The translations under genes were made by a program, and so were the position numbers. DNA of 48,528 nt from Atractiella rhizophila (Eukaryota): contig MU271376.1 in NCBI GenBank assembly GCA_021432655.1, positions 1 through 48,528 on the forward strand. Reading direction: 5' to 3'. Below, one piece after another: positions 24,545-36,885 of this stretch. The notes beneath the pieces are model-generated. The model had not been told where the DNA came from. It saw only the letters and a program-made list of their open reading frames with translations, and did not search any database. Each line of letters starts with the position of its first letter. The stretch's first letter is position 1.

Positions 24545-26611
24545 CGAGAGGAACGAGATGACCCAAAAAGCCTGGGCAGCTTACCCTGTTCAAAAAGGCA
24601 TAACCGACCAACCAACTCAGTCAACATTCGGGCTCACAAGCACGAACGATGAACCTCCTCAAAATTCTGTTGCACGCACACTTTGTGCATCTACTTCATG
24701 ATTTCGCACCACTTCAATTCCGTAACCTCCAACTCGTCGTTCCTCATTTCGTTCATCTTTCAATTTCAACACTTCAATCAGCTCTTTCTTTGTTCATCCA
24801 ATCTCAGTGTTGGTGGTTACGGTTACGTTCACATTCACGTCACGGCTCATGTTTACGTTCTGTCACACTCAAGGAAGTTAACCCTAAGGTTTTCTATGGC
24901 CAGGATCAAAACCCCTGTTCTACCCGCACGAGACCGGCTAGGCGACGACCATCCCATTTTGAATAGTCTATCAGTGCGCTTCCACTGGACCAAACATTTT
25001 ATTACATTTGCCTTTATTTTGAAACCTTTTCTTAATGGTTGTGCTTTTCCTCTAAATTTTTCTCAAAATCCTTGCCTCGAAAAAGTGGACAACTTATCAT
25101 CTCTATTCAATCTGATTTATATCACATGTATCTATTGCTTCCCGCTCCTTGAGCAATGCAAAAGTCTGCCAATGCGTGAGTTCCCGCATGCAGGATAGGA
25201 ACAACATTTTGGTGATCGTTGGTCCTCCTACATTGGACAGCATAACGGGAACAGAGGCTAGAAGAAAACGAACACGTCTATCGTGCCAGCTGGTGCGACT
25301 TTGGGTAATTCTCCCATCCTGCAACATGGAAGGCCGTCGCCAAAGGTTTGGGCCATCTGTTGGTTGGGGAGATAACACGCAATCCTAATGGTTGTGAATT
25401 GGCGAAAGTAGGCGAGATAGGAAACAGGGAAGAATGGAGAGGTGAATGGAATCGGGAAAATCGCTTGGGGTGATGACATGGACAATTGCCCTCGAGTTTG
25501 GTCACTGTCACGGTCACGGACACACGCTCCACAAGCACCATCGGAAACTCTTTATCACCCTCCTTCATTCCATTTCATTCTCACGTCCCCTATAAGCAAT
25601 TCTTCGACAATTCGCATTTTGACAGTCAAGCGACGACGTGCTGAAAGCAGTTTTCGATTTCCAAAGACGGTCCTGTATTCAAAAAGAGTTCTCGTCTTCT
25701 CAATCATAAAAATAGAGGCACTGGACGAGTTTCAGCCTTGTTTCCAATGTTTTGCATGATTTGAAACGCAATCCGTGGCTGTTACTAACAAGCGCCCCTG
25801 TCTTCCGTTGCAAACTGCGACTGAAATTGCCTGATATCCAATAATCCCATACGGAAACAAACAGTCGTCCATTCTTCAAGGACGAAATGTACGGTGATTT
25901 TGAGGCAGTAAGCGAAAGAAGAGCGTTTGCCTACAGCGACACACACTTTCGCACGTCCTCAAGCGATATGAGAACCCATATTCTCAGGTTCATTTCGAGG
26001 AACCAAAGAGACGCGTTATTGGCTCCAACAATGATATCACTAATCGACTATCAGTTGATGCCGTGAGTTGTGAGCATTACTGTTAAGCGTCCTGACATGT
26101 TAGTTTTGCTCTTCTCTGTGGTAACCAGACCCTAATGCACTCATCTCACTTTTGAAACATCACGAATATGCGAAGCAGTTCGGAATGCTAACACGAATCT
26201 AAACGCAGTCTTTAGCCAGTAGATTGCTCTGTCATCCTTTTCATAGGACATTGCTGCAAAGTGAAGCTTCTGACTGATTCGCAAGAGGGCACTTTTGACA
26301 AAGCAGCTATCATTGATTGAAAATTAAATGAATATACTGACTCCCTTGCAAATAAGAAGAAGAAGGAGAACAAGCAGAAGGGAAGATTCAAACAACCGCA
26401 CCAACCGACATCGATCCATTGGTCCATCCCATGTGCAACCACAACTACTGAGCATTCTCCTTGCCTGACTATCAATATCAATTTTTCCACACCATGCCTT
26501 CGTTCGCATTTTAGAAGAGCGCATCGAGTGTACAGCTGTTCCACCGCGACGGGGTAAGGAGGCGAGGAACGGTCGTACAGTGGAAGGAAGGGAAGGGGGA
26601 GGAGGACGAAC

Positions 26612-27155
26612 CAAATACAGAGCGCGGCGAGACTGGCGAGACAAGGTCAGTTCTTACGTCGGTTTGGGGTGACTAGATTGGACACCGGGCCGGCGAGGGG
26701 AATAGATTGGGACGGAAGGAAGGAAGAGTGAGAGACGTACCAAGCGCCACAGCAGCCTACTCCTCCTCCATCCTTCTGTTGAGGCTGGACATACACCTGT
26801 TGCGGGGGTCCCTGTGCCGGATACCCATAACCTTCATCCGCATTAAAGCGAAAGCGAAGAAGAGCAAGGAAAAAGAAAGTGAGCATGCTTCCACGTCCTT
26901 CGCTTGGCGATGGCGAATGGTTGGGGATGAACACGTACCGCCTGGAGGAGCGCCGTAAGCTTGTTGAGGGGGAGGGGGGTAGTATCCACCCTACGATTGA
27001 AAATAACAACATCCTTTTCAGCATGTGAATGTGGCTATGAAGCAGTGGACACTGACCTGTGGGGGGTGACCACCAGGAGGACCCCACTGCTGTTGCTGGT
27101 TAGGATCGTAGTATCCGCCTTGTGGAGGGCCGCCTTTGTGATAATCGTTGTTCAT
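26612..27155 (-). CDS. Cysteine-rich transmembrane module (CYSTM) protein, multi-exon; last exon not resolved
   Basis: Spliced reading MNNDYHKGGPPQGGYYDPNQQQQWGPPGGHPPQ|GGYYPPPPQQAYGAPPG|GYGYPAQGPPQQVYVQPQQKDGGGVGCCGAC|LAALCI.. gives a P/Q/G/Y-rich N-terminus and a Cys-rich hydrophobic tail. Donors are GTCAGT, GTACGT and GTTCGT. Confidence 0.8.
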
Positions 27156-27409
27156 GGCGTACAGGAAAGGTGATGAGATGCAAGGGAAGAAGGGAAGAAA
27201 GAGTGTGAATGCGTTGGGCGAGGCTTTTTGAGTGGTCGAGGGCCGGCCGTGTGTCCGAAGACTCTTGGCAGCCGCATTCCGGGTGGCACCCTGGGCAAGA
27301 CAGGCTATCCATCGTCCATCTCGTCTAGACAGTCCTTTGTGTGAGGGAGATATCTATACGCCATAGAAGTAGAGACGAATACTGGCGGTGACTTTGAAAG
27401 CGCAGTTGT

Positions 27410-29485
27410 GTTGTAGTGAGTGATCTTTCGGCCCCAATCTGCCGCACATCGTCTCCGATATTCGGATGTGTTTTTCCATTTTTTCCCAGCCAGAACTTAT
27501 CGAAATCGATTCCAGACATCAGACATGGATTATGCAGCTATAGCCGGTTGGACGCATTCCTGTTGTTGAAATCATGATCATGGCTGCGATGGCTGGTTAA
27601 TAGCAATCGGAGCGTTGTTGGCTAGAGTGAGACACAACCTAGCAGATATATCAACAGTATGAAACCGAAGAACTCTGATGCGCCTAGGAATGTTTATTCC
27701 TGAGTAAGGCTTGAGATTATGCCCCCGAGCGCTTTCCGTATTCTCAGCGTATGAGACGGTCGCTGAAGATACAAGTCAGCTAATGCAGAGTATCCATCCA
27801 ACGGTGTTTATCACCTTTGCTATCCCTCCTACAGAATAGCATCTGTACTCATATGCACTCTTACAGCCTCAAAGCCAACTTTTGTCTCCTATCTCAAGGG
27901 AAGAAGTAATCTAAGGGGCGACAACGGTGTGGCAGATTTACTGTCAAAGGTGGAACGCTGAACAATGAATGTTGAGTGCTTGCGCAGCTAGGACCAACGG
28001 CAAAGAATTAATTTAGGCGTGGGCAGGAATAACGTACAATTTGTACAATTTCGTCGTCTTTCATGAATCCTGATCCTGCGGCATAGCGAGTCCCAACCAC
28101 GTACTCACGTTCGAACATTCGAAGGCATCAATGCCATCGCGGGTATGTTAGGGTTGCTTTTCATGCTTTCCGAGCTATTAAGGAGACTTACGCAACGAAC
28201 GAAAGGCGGGAACTCGAGGGACTATGCGACAATTATAATATTGCAAGCAGCGCCCCACCCAGGTGGAACGGTAGAAGGGAACCCGACTCTCGTCTTTTCC
28301 CAGTGCTCCTGAAGCCAGAGGTGGCACAATTCAGCTCACCTCGCATAACAGAGCTGTAATGACAGGAATCTACTTCGTTGGCGTGTCGTGGCATTTTTCG
28401 GGAATGTATAGGTCGGGCGACATCGTGAAGTTGAATGAAAAGTTGTAGTGAGTGATCTTTCGGCCCCAATCTGCCGCACATCGTCTCCGATATTCGGATG
28501 TGTTTTTCCATTTTTTCCCAGCCAGAACTTATCGAAATCGATTCCAGACATCAGACATGGATTATGCAGCTATAGCCGGTTGGACGCATTCCTGTTGTTG
28601 AAATCATGATCATGGCTGCGATGGCTGGTTAATAGCAATTGGAGCGTTGTTGGCTAGAGTGAGACACAACCTAGCAGATATCAACAGTATGAAACCGAAC
28701 CACTCTGATGCGCCGGGGCATGTTTATTCCTGAGTAAGGCTTGAGATTATGTCCTCGCGCGCTCTGTTTCCATATTCTTAGCGTATGAGACGGTCGCTGA
28801 AGATACAAGCCAGCTAATGCAGAGTATCCATCCAACGGTGTTTATCACCTTTGCTATCCCTCCTACAGAATAGCATCTGTACTCATATGCACTCTTAAAG
28901 CCTCAAAGCCAACTTTTGTCTCCTATCTCAAGGGAAGAAGTAATCTAAGGGGCGACAACGGTGTGGCAGATTTACTGTCAAAGGTGGAACACTGAACAAT
29001 GAATGTTGAGTGCTTGCGCAGCTAGGACCAACCGCAAAGAATTAATTTAGGCATGGGCAGGAATAACGTACAATTTGTACAATTTCGTCGTCTTTCATGA
29101 ATCCTGATCCTGCGGCACAGCGAGTCCCAACCACGTCCTCACGTTCGAACATTCGAAGGCATCAATGCCATCGCGGGTCTGTTAGGGTTGCTTTTCATGC
29201 TTTCCGAGCTATTAAGGAGACTTACGCAACGAACGAAAGGCGGGAACTCGAGGGACTATGCGACAATTATAATATTGCAAGCAGCGCCCCCACCCAGGTG
29301 GAACGGTAGAAGGGAACCCGACTCTCGGTGTTCTTTTCCCAGTGCTCCTGAAGCCAGAGGTGGCACAATTCAGCTCATTTCGCATAACAGAGCTGTAATG
29401 ATAGGAATCTACTTCGTTGGCGTGTCCTGGCATTTTTCGGGAGTGTATGCATCAAGGTCGGGCGACATCGTGAAGTTGAATGAAA
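27410..29485 (+). repeat. Near-identical ~1.03-kb tandem direct duplication (27410-28441 / 28442-29485)
   Basis: Both units start GTTGTAGTGAGTGATCTTTCGGCCCCAATC and end GGCGACATCGTGAAGTTGAATGAAA, with only scattered SNPs and small indels. Confidence 0.97.
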
Positions 29486-29719
29486 GTCGTGATCAATAGT
29501 GCGCACTCAAGTGACCAAAAGTAGCCTCCTTTCGCTGGCAAAAGCGCCTCTACTCCAATGTTTTACCTCTGTCAAACCTTGATATTTATGTCTACTAACA
29601 GGTATGTACAACATTTAACAACCTCACCCACCTGACTCCGTCCTAAGGCAGGTAGGGAATAAAAGCAGCTGGATCCCAGACAAGCGTTTCCCCAACACTC
29701 AGCTCCCACTTGAAGTACG

Positions 29720-30314
29720 ATGATCCCAAAACCGACTGATATTTCTCCTAAGGATGTAGCGGTCCTCGCTGCAGCACTCTCTGCCATGGTTAACCTTGTA
29801 GTTACCGCCATATTTGTTGGACCTCAGTCATACACAAATTGGATTCTCACTCTTGTATTTTCTGCCGCTTTCGCATCGTCCGGAATCTCTTTCATTCTCA
29901 GTGTTCGATGGCTTCGTTGTCCCAACTTCATTGTAGAGAACAGTGTTGCAGATGCCAAAAGGTACGTGGATTGCAAAGTCCAAAGTCTGGGTATGACGGA
30001 AATATAGTACCATGGAAAAAGGACCCGAAAACGACAATGCCTGCGAACAAGTACATGGATCGTCCTCCTCAGCCTGCTCAATCATGACCATGCAAGATGT
30101 CCCACTGCAACTCCTTTGTTCCTGCTTCTTTGGTGCTGCAGGATGGATTTTTCTACCCCTCCTCATCTGCCTACAAATCAGCTTCATTGGCGTCAAAACT
30201 CTCCCAGCAACTGCACTCTTCGTCATTTCCGCAGGTTTTCCAGCTTATGAGATGATACGGTTTGGGAAGGAATGGATGCGTAGGTGGAGAAGAGGGGTTG
30301 TGCAGTTACATTAA
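29720..30314 (+). CDS. Hypothetical multi-pass membrane protein (~182 aa)
   Basis: Two ORFs join in frame across a GTACGT..TAG intron at 29962-30007. About four hydrophobic segments. Confidence 0.65.
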
Positions 30315-30837
30315 GACAACACGTATCAACTGCTTACGGCGAAGCTAGATAATACCTCAGAGCCTCTGCAGATGTGTGATCAGTTTCGAATCTGTTGTAC
30401 CAATAAATTGAATTATTGCTGTTAAAGCTTGAAGGTAGGATCCCCGAAGTGAGACAAAGCATGAGGGAATGCGATTAAGATTGTAAGCAGCTCGGTTCAT
30501 CAATATGCACCCAAGAACGTAGACGAAAAGCGCTAAGGCATGCTACAAACACTCCTCACTAAAAAGGAGGGTCACAAGGGCAATCATAGTGATCTCAGTT
30601 CAACCAACTCTGCAACTTGAATCGCATTGCCACGGATTAGAATGAGTCCCGAAAGTCACGAGAAATGGGTGGATGATTTACTTTTGCCATGCTGTCCTGA
30701 TTTTCTCCTTGTCTCCTCGTTCAAATCGATTGTGACAAGACTGATAATATTTGACAGGTTGGGTGGTGACCCCTGATTGTTTAACTTATGTCATTACTAG
30801 CACACAACAGCAGCAGTCATCCCGATCGGGACATGTC

Positions 30838-30882
30838 AGTGAGTCTACTCCAAGTGAGTCTACTCCAAGTGAGTCTACTCCA
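30838..30882 (+). repeat. 15-bp perfect tandem repeat x3
   Basis: AGTGAGTCTACTCCA at 30838, 30853 and 30868. Confidence 0.95.
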
Positions 30883-31172
30883 GTTAGGCTCACAACTTAC
30901 AACTTCCCAAACTTTCCTACTCTATTGTGTCAGTCACTTTCCTCGCTTATAAAAAGGGAAACAGTTTACAATCGCATTCTCTCTTTGCTACACGACCCAC
31001 TGGTACAGTGTCAGGTTGAAGTAATTCGTGAGTCGCAGATTATCATTGGGGGAACTGGGAGTTCATTCGTTTTGTTTTGGTGTAAAAGGAACCGGCATCC
31101 TGCGTTTGAGCGAATAACCACGAAAAGAGACAACCTGAGCGAGTGATAGTTAACAAGATCGAAAGGGGCAGC

Positions 31173-32546
31173 ATGGCGGTCTCCCCAGGCGGCGGTTCAC
31201 TGCCGATGATTTTGGACGACGTTCTCGTGTGCATATTTCCGTTCCTATCCGAGAAGGAACTGTCAAAGCTCTGCCGCGTTTGTTGGTCTTGGAACACTAT
31301 CGCGCAACCTATCCTGCAGCGGCGACGCGTCTTCACATTTTCTCTGTTGCGAGGGGACGATAATTGGGATATCAAGCGTCTAGAACAGCAGCGCCAGTTG
31401 ATACACTCATCAAATGTTGGAAATGTCCGTCATTTGGCCTTATCGAACCGACACTCCACCGCCATCCCTCTTGCGAAGGACAACGCGAGCTGCATCTTCA
31501 TTTTCGCAGTTCTACAACAAGTCGCTCGGAACCTCGCGTCGCTTCACATCGAAGATTTTAACTTCACGAAACTGGATAGCGCGTTTACCTTCCCTCCCTT
31601 GCCTTTGCTCAGAAGCTTCGTCGTTGTCAATACCGACCAGGAAGTTCCCTTGGCACTTGAAGATGCATTCCCTCACTACTCTGCCAGCAGTCATCTAAAG
31701 GTTCTTGTCCTCCCCATGATTGACCAGCTCTCGACTTACCATCTCTCATCTTACGCCCTCACCCATCTGGAGTTGACGACTCAGAATAAAGAGCTTGACG
31801 AACATGCGAAAGGGAAGATTAGGTCTTTAACGTGTTTGACAAAGCTCAAGTGGACCTTCGTCGCCCCTCCGCTCGGCTGCATCCTTCCGTCCTTCATTAG
31901 GGACCTTACATTACGTTCTGTTCGAAAGTCGCGTTCTGTGGACCCCGTATCTTGGTCCATTGAAGAGGCTTTCCCAAACGTCGCTGATCTCTCGAACCTA
32001 TCTTCGTTGGCCCTCGCGAACTGTGTTCCTTTATCTCCTAATTTTCCACCATGTCAATCCAAGCTCGTAACGTTACGTGCCGGAGAAACGCTCGAAAATG
32101 AAGGAGACAGCGTATTCAAGCTTTTGCACAGTTCAGCGGAGTCGCTATCCGACTTTCAATTCACAGTCACGAGTCTTCACCGCCTTCGCCAGCTCGTTTA
32201 TCTCTACTGCGGGGGACGAAACAATTCTGATCCAACAATTGTCGATACTTTCAGACTTCTCAGCTCCAGAATAAAGAGCGTGTACTTTGGACATGAGTAC
32301 GAAAGGAGAAACTTCCAAGCGCGTGGTGTGACCGGCGGTGAATTGCGTCTTCTTGTGGCTGATCTTGAGGGAGAGTCGGATATTGCGACGGCGTTGATTA
32401 GCGCGGTCCAGGAAGGATTACTCCCGGCTTTAGAAGTCGTCGCCCTCCCATGTGAGATGGAAAAGGAAGTATTAAAAGCGATTACGAATTTAGGGAATGA
32501 GCATCATTTCAAAGTCAGAAGTCAGTCCTTTTCTTACAAACAGTGA
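31173..32546 (+). CDS. F-box / LRR-like protein, intact family member
   Basis: Intronless ORF with LPMILDDVLVCIFPFLSEKELSKLCRVCWSWNTIAQPIL F-box, then VRHLAL, LASLHI, LTHLEL, LTKLKW and LSSLAL repeats. First ATG is at 31173. Confidence 0.85.
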   Translation: MAVSPGGGSLPMILDDVLVCIFPFLSEKELSKLCRVCWSWNTIAQPILQRRRVFTFSLLRGDDNWDIKRLEQQRQLIHSSNVGNVRHLALSNRHSTAIPLAKDNASCIFIFAVLQQVARNLASLHIEDFNFTKLDSAFTFPPLPLLRSFVVVNTDQEVPLALEDAFPHYSASSHLKVLVLPMIDQLSTYHLSSYALTHLELTTQNKELDEHAKGKIRSLTCLTKLKWTFVAPPLGCILPSFIRDLTLRSVRKSRSVDPVSWSIEEAFPNVADLSNLSSLALANCVPLSPNFPPCQSKLVTLRAGETLENEGDSVFKLLHSSAESLSDFQFTVTSLHRLRQLVYLYCGGRNNSDPTIVDTFRLLSSRIKSVYFGHEYERRNFQARGVTGGELRLLVADLEGESDIATALISAVQEGLLPALEVVALPCEMEKEVLKAITNLGNEHHFKVRSQSFSYKQ

Positions 32547-33085
32547 GCAAAGATACTAATCGTTATACATCCGCCTGGATATTCAAAGAGCTGCGCTTCC
32601 GATCGTCAACGCCAATTAGGGCTATGCCTGGCTATTCCTTCAGGAGATAGCTTCGGGATTGACCTCCAAAGTATCTGTCATCTGTCTCTCGCCCCAGTCC
32701 CTTCATCATCCGGTTCACGAAATCTTTTCTCTCTGTTCTTTAGCATTATAAAGCAGAAAATCATTATTTCTCCTACTAATGTATTATGTTAATAGTCATG
32801 TATGGTTGCAAAATCCATACCTCCCTAGTTTAGATGCACATCCTCCAGTCCCATACACTGAGGACAAGGTCATCAATTTGTCGGGAGACTCTAGATCTCA
32901 CACTGAGCTCGGTTGAGCTGACTGTCAACAACTTCCGACTCGTTGCAGCCAGAAAGGACAAAAGTGGAAGCTTTGATTTACTGAAACTTCATGAATCCGT
33001 CAAATAATATATAGCAAATTTAGTTTGATCCGCTCGCCAAAGAAGAACATTCGCACTTTCAAGTTATCAGTCGGGAGTTCCCAAT

Positions 33086-33400
33086 TTGAGTGCGTTCAAA
33101 AGAAAAGTTGCGATGTCATGCCATTCCCTAGGAAGATTAAATCCTCGATCCTGGATCTGGCAACTATGTTGTCAGATAGCGGCTGGAGAGGCACAATCAG
33201 CTTATGGTGTAGGAGCGACACTCTTCGAATATCAGCAACGCCAGCCATTTGTCAGCAACGTCCGCCATTTGGCTATCAGACGATTAATGGACAAACGGAT
33301 CTCGGGAAGCCATCCTAGCTGCATCTCGGTGTTCGAAATCCTAGAACAGCTAGCTCCACATCGAGTGTCGCTTCGCATCGAATATGACTCCGTAATTTGG
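33086..33400 (+). pseudogene. Relic of the F-box/LRR family
   Basis: QQRQPFVSNVRHLAI...SCISVFEILEQLAPHRVSLRIE aligns with QQRQLIHSSNVGNVRHLAL...SCIFIFAVLQQVARNLASLHIE of 31173-32546. Confidence 0.7.
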
Positions 33401-33715
33401 ATGGCGCCGCTCAGACAGTTGTATCTAAAGCCACTTTTCCATATCTTCTTGTCAGCTGGCAGCTAAACTCAAAAATGGGCGAAAATAACCCGCTTACTAG
33501 ATGATAGCCTTGCCTGCTCGAAAAGGCGTAAAACGAGACAGAAAGAGAGAGAACACTGTCATTCGAATGAAGAACTGTGACCGCTAAATGATGTAACTCC
33601 TGTTTTACTTGCTCCTCGTGCAGGGGGACGAAGCTTGGTTAAGAAGCTTTGAAACTTGGTGGGCATTTTTCTTTTTTGCTACAGCTTCCCACAAACATAT
33701 CTGGTAATGCTTTTC

Positions 33716-33987
33716 TCAATGTCTGCAGAGGTCTGTACCGCATGAGCTAGGCACATCAATCTTTTCCACGTCCTTGGTGCACCATCCTCCGAAATAATGA
33801 TCTGGCTCAGGGTCGACCTGATCAAGCATTAGCATATTTTTCAATGTTCGAGGGAAGTCACACCTCTTCATCGTCCACATACGCCTTCCAGCTCCCTCTC
33901 GGGTGCTCATGATGGGCGTGGATATGAGGAGAGGATGTTGCGTAGAAAGCAAGATAGCCTTTCAAAGATGCGAAGTCCGCAATAGGG
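33716..33987 (-). pseudogene. 5'-truncated duplicate of the DUF427 gene
   Basis: PIADFASLKGYLAFY...VDDEE|VDPEPDHYFGGW starts abruptly at the duplication junction. Confidence 0.85.
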
Positions 33988-34540
33988 ACCAATTAGGGCT
34001 ATGCCTGGCTATTCCTTCAGGAGATAGCTTCGGGATTGTCCTCCAAAGAACCCGTCATCTCTCTCTCGCCCCAGTTCCTTCGTCATCCGGTTCACGAAAT
34101 CTTTTCTCTCTGTTCTTTAGCATTATAAAGCAGAAAATCATTCTTTCTCCTACTAATGTATTATGTTAATAGTCATGTATGGTTGCAAAATCCATACCTC
34201 CCTAGTTTAGATGCACATCCTCCAGTCCCATACCCTGAGGATGGTATAATATCGAAAGGGTTTCCCAAATATCAATCAAGGTCATCAATTTTGTCGGGAG
34301 ACTCTAGATCTCACACTGAGCTGGGTTGAGCTGACTGTCAACAACTTCCGACTCGTTGCAGCCAGAGGGGACTGTCAGGCTCCTGCTTATAAATTACCAT
34401 TAATAGGGTGGGCCATGAAAAGTGGAAGCTTTGATTTACTGAAACTTCATGAATCCGTCAAATCATATATAGCAAATTTAGTTTGATCTCGCCACAGAAG
34501 AACATTCGCACTTTCAAGTTATCAGTCGGGAGTTCCCAAT

Positions 34541-34850
34541 TTGAGTGCGTTCAAAAGAAAAGTTGCGATGTCATGCCATTTCCTAGGAAGATTAAATCCT
34601 CGATCCTGGATCTGCCAACTATGTTGTCAGATAGCTGCTGGAGTGGCACAATCAGCTTATGGTGTGGGAGCGACACTCTTCGAATATCAGCAACGTCAGC
34701 CATTTGTCAGCAACGTCCGCCATTTGGCTATCAGACGATTAATGGACAAACGGATCTCGGGATGCCATCCTAGCTGCATCTCGGTGTTCGAAATCCTAGA
34801 ACAGCTTGCTCCACATCAAGTGTCGCTTCGCATCGAATATGACTCCCTAA
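34541..34850 (+). pseudogene. Relic of the F-box/LRR family (duplicate of 33086-33400)
   Basis: Same peptide, in the second unit of the tandem duplication. Confidence 0.7.
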
Positions 34851-35182
34851 TTTGGAAGGCGCATTCACCGCTTGCCCTCAGACATCTGTAAAGCCACTTT
34901 TCCATACCTTCTTGTCAGCTGGCAGCTAAACTCAAAAATGGGCGAAAATAACTCGCTTACTAGATGATAGCCTTGCCTGCTCGAAAAGGCGAAAAACGAG
35001 ACAGAAAGAGAGAGAACACTGTCACTCGAATAAAGAACTGTGACCGCTAAAAGCATGATGTAACTTCTGTTGTACTTGCTCCTCGTGCAGGGGGACGAAG
35101 CTTGGTTAAGAAGCTTTGAAACTTGGTGGTCATTTTTCTTTTTTGCTACAGCTTCCCACAAACATATCTGGTAATGCTTTTC

Positions 35183-35833
35183 TCAATGTCTGCAGAGGCC
35201 TGTACCGCATGAGCTAGGCACATCAATCTTTTCCACGCCCTTGGTGTACCATCCTCCGAAATAATGATCTGGCTCAGGGTCGACCTGATCAAGCATTAGC
35301 ATATTTTTCAATGTTCGACGGAAGTCACACCTCTTCATCGTCCACATATGCCTTCCAGCTCCCTCTCGTGTGCTCATGATGGGCGTGGATATGAGGAGAG
35401 GATGTTGCGTAGAAAGCAAGATAGCCTTTCAAAGATGCGAAGTCCGCAATAGGGTCCAGATACGACCATGCTCGAACTCGGACTGAAGGGTCCTTAGAAG
35501 AGGGTAAAAACAGATCGTAGTACGTCGCTTGACCCTTCCACTGTCAGAGCCAGTAGCCATCAGCCTCATTGTCTGTGACAAGAAACTCGAAGAATAGATG
35601 CTCACTGGGCAAAAGGACGACTTCTTCTCATGCACCTTCAACAGCTCCATCTTCACATCTTCCCTAGGAATGTACCACGCTGGCGGATGATTCGTCTCTA
35701 ATGCTCTCACGGCACGTGTGGAATCGACAATGACAAGTCCTTTGTCTTCTCCTTCTCCATCCCAGACGATCTTCACTCGTCTATTCGAAGGATCAAGCTT
35801 GGCTGGACGAGGGTAATTTGTGGGGTTCTCCAT
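35183..35833 (-). CDS. DUF427 domain protein
   Basis: MENPTNYPRP...RAVRALETNHPPAWYIPREDV...SFCP|WKGQATYYDL...AWSY...LKGYLAFY...VDDEE|VDPEPDHYFGGW. Introns at 35605-35541 and ~35330-35285. Confidence 0.88.
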
Positions 35834-36885
35834 TATTTTATTATTGATGTCGAGACTCGGTTGGGCAGTTGTAGATGGTTCTCTCTCTGCTTCCACTCAT
35901 CTTTTATAGCTGAGAGGGATGGGGGTTGTCCATGCGATAATGCTTCGTCATCATTCACGGCTAGAGACCATGAATGACTATTACAGTAATGAATGGAGGT
36001 GGAATCGGCGGAAAGATTCGTTCTCCGGTTCCAGTTGGAGGACGAAGCGCACACCCTCAGACCCATCTCCATTAGTATTGACATCAGTCAACCGACGTAG
36101 CTAAACCGCTCAAGGTGTTCGGTGTACGGTAAGGGAAGAGAGGCAATTTGGGTGTTTTTCTCTCCTTCAGGCAGAACAGCACGTGTATCAATATGAAGGC
36201 GTTCGTTTGTGCAGGTACGCCTAGAGGACCCCGAGCGAGTTGGATGTGGCTGGCTTTTTGTCCGAGTGTAAATGTGACTTCTCTGAAGATAGCGGCGAGA
36301 TGCACATCATGAGAGAAGCGACACGAAGGCGCTGTCAGTAGACAGTATCATGATTTGTGGTCATTTGGTCCCAATCCCGATGCCAACGCTTCTTCTTCCC
36401 GAGCATTGATGCAGGTATTTATGAAGCGGAATGTAAAAGAATTGCAATGTCACAGGGTGGAGAGTATCGAATACTTTCGACAGTAATTATCCACGAGTGC
36501 AGGTTTGCCTCGCTTTGATCACCAGCAGATCTGAAAGGGCTTGCTTCTAAATGCGCGTGGGAATATCTTCCCTTGACATCCGTTTCATCTGATTCACCCA
36601 CTTCACAGCTAACATGATCCCTGTAATTTAACCGTTGCAGAGCCCATGGTTAGCGTGAGCGCCAACAGTATTGTGAGCTACATTTGAGCAAGTTTTAACA
36701 AGCTTAAAGGAGACGTGGTTACCGCTGATACAAACAAATGAGAAGGAAGATTTTGGAAAGGAGGATTGTTTGCAGGTTGTAGGATGGAATCGATGACATT
36801 TCGACAAAAGGCTGATAATTATGGTATTTAAATGAATCATACCAAGAACATCTCTATTACAATGTCCACGCCGCAGTCAGGCCAG

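Larger units (their letters stand above)
17720..24602. repeat. Inverted duplication with arms ~17720-19371 and ~23124-24602 and a 3.75-kb unique spacer
   Basis: The reverse-complement match covers ~20 nt of 5' UTR (CTCCCAACCTCTCGAAGTAAT), the CDS, the intron and the 3' flank (TTACCCTGTTCAAAA). Confidence 0.93.
32612..35455 (+). repeat. ~1.4-kb tandem direct duplication (32612-33988 / 33989-35455)
   Basis: Units start CCAATTAGGGCTATGCCTGGC and end GCGAAGTCCGCAATAGGG. The second unit has two extra short blocks (~34242-34276 and ~34372-34417). Confidence 0.97.
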
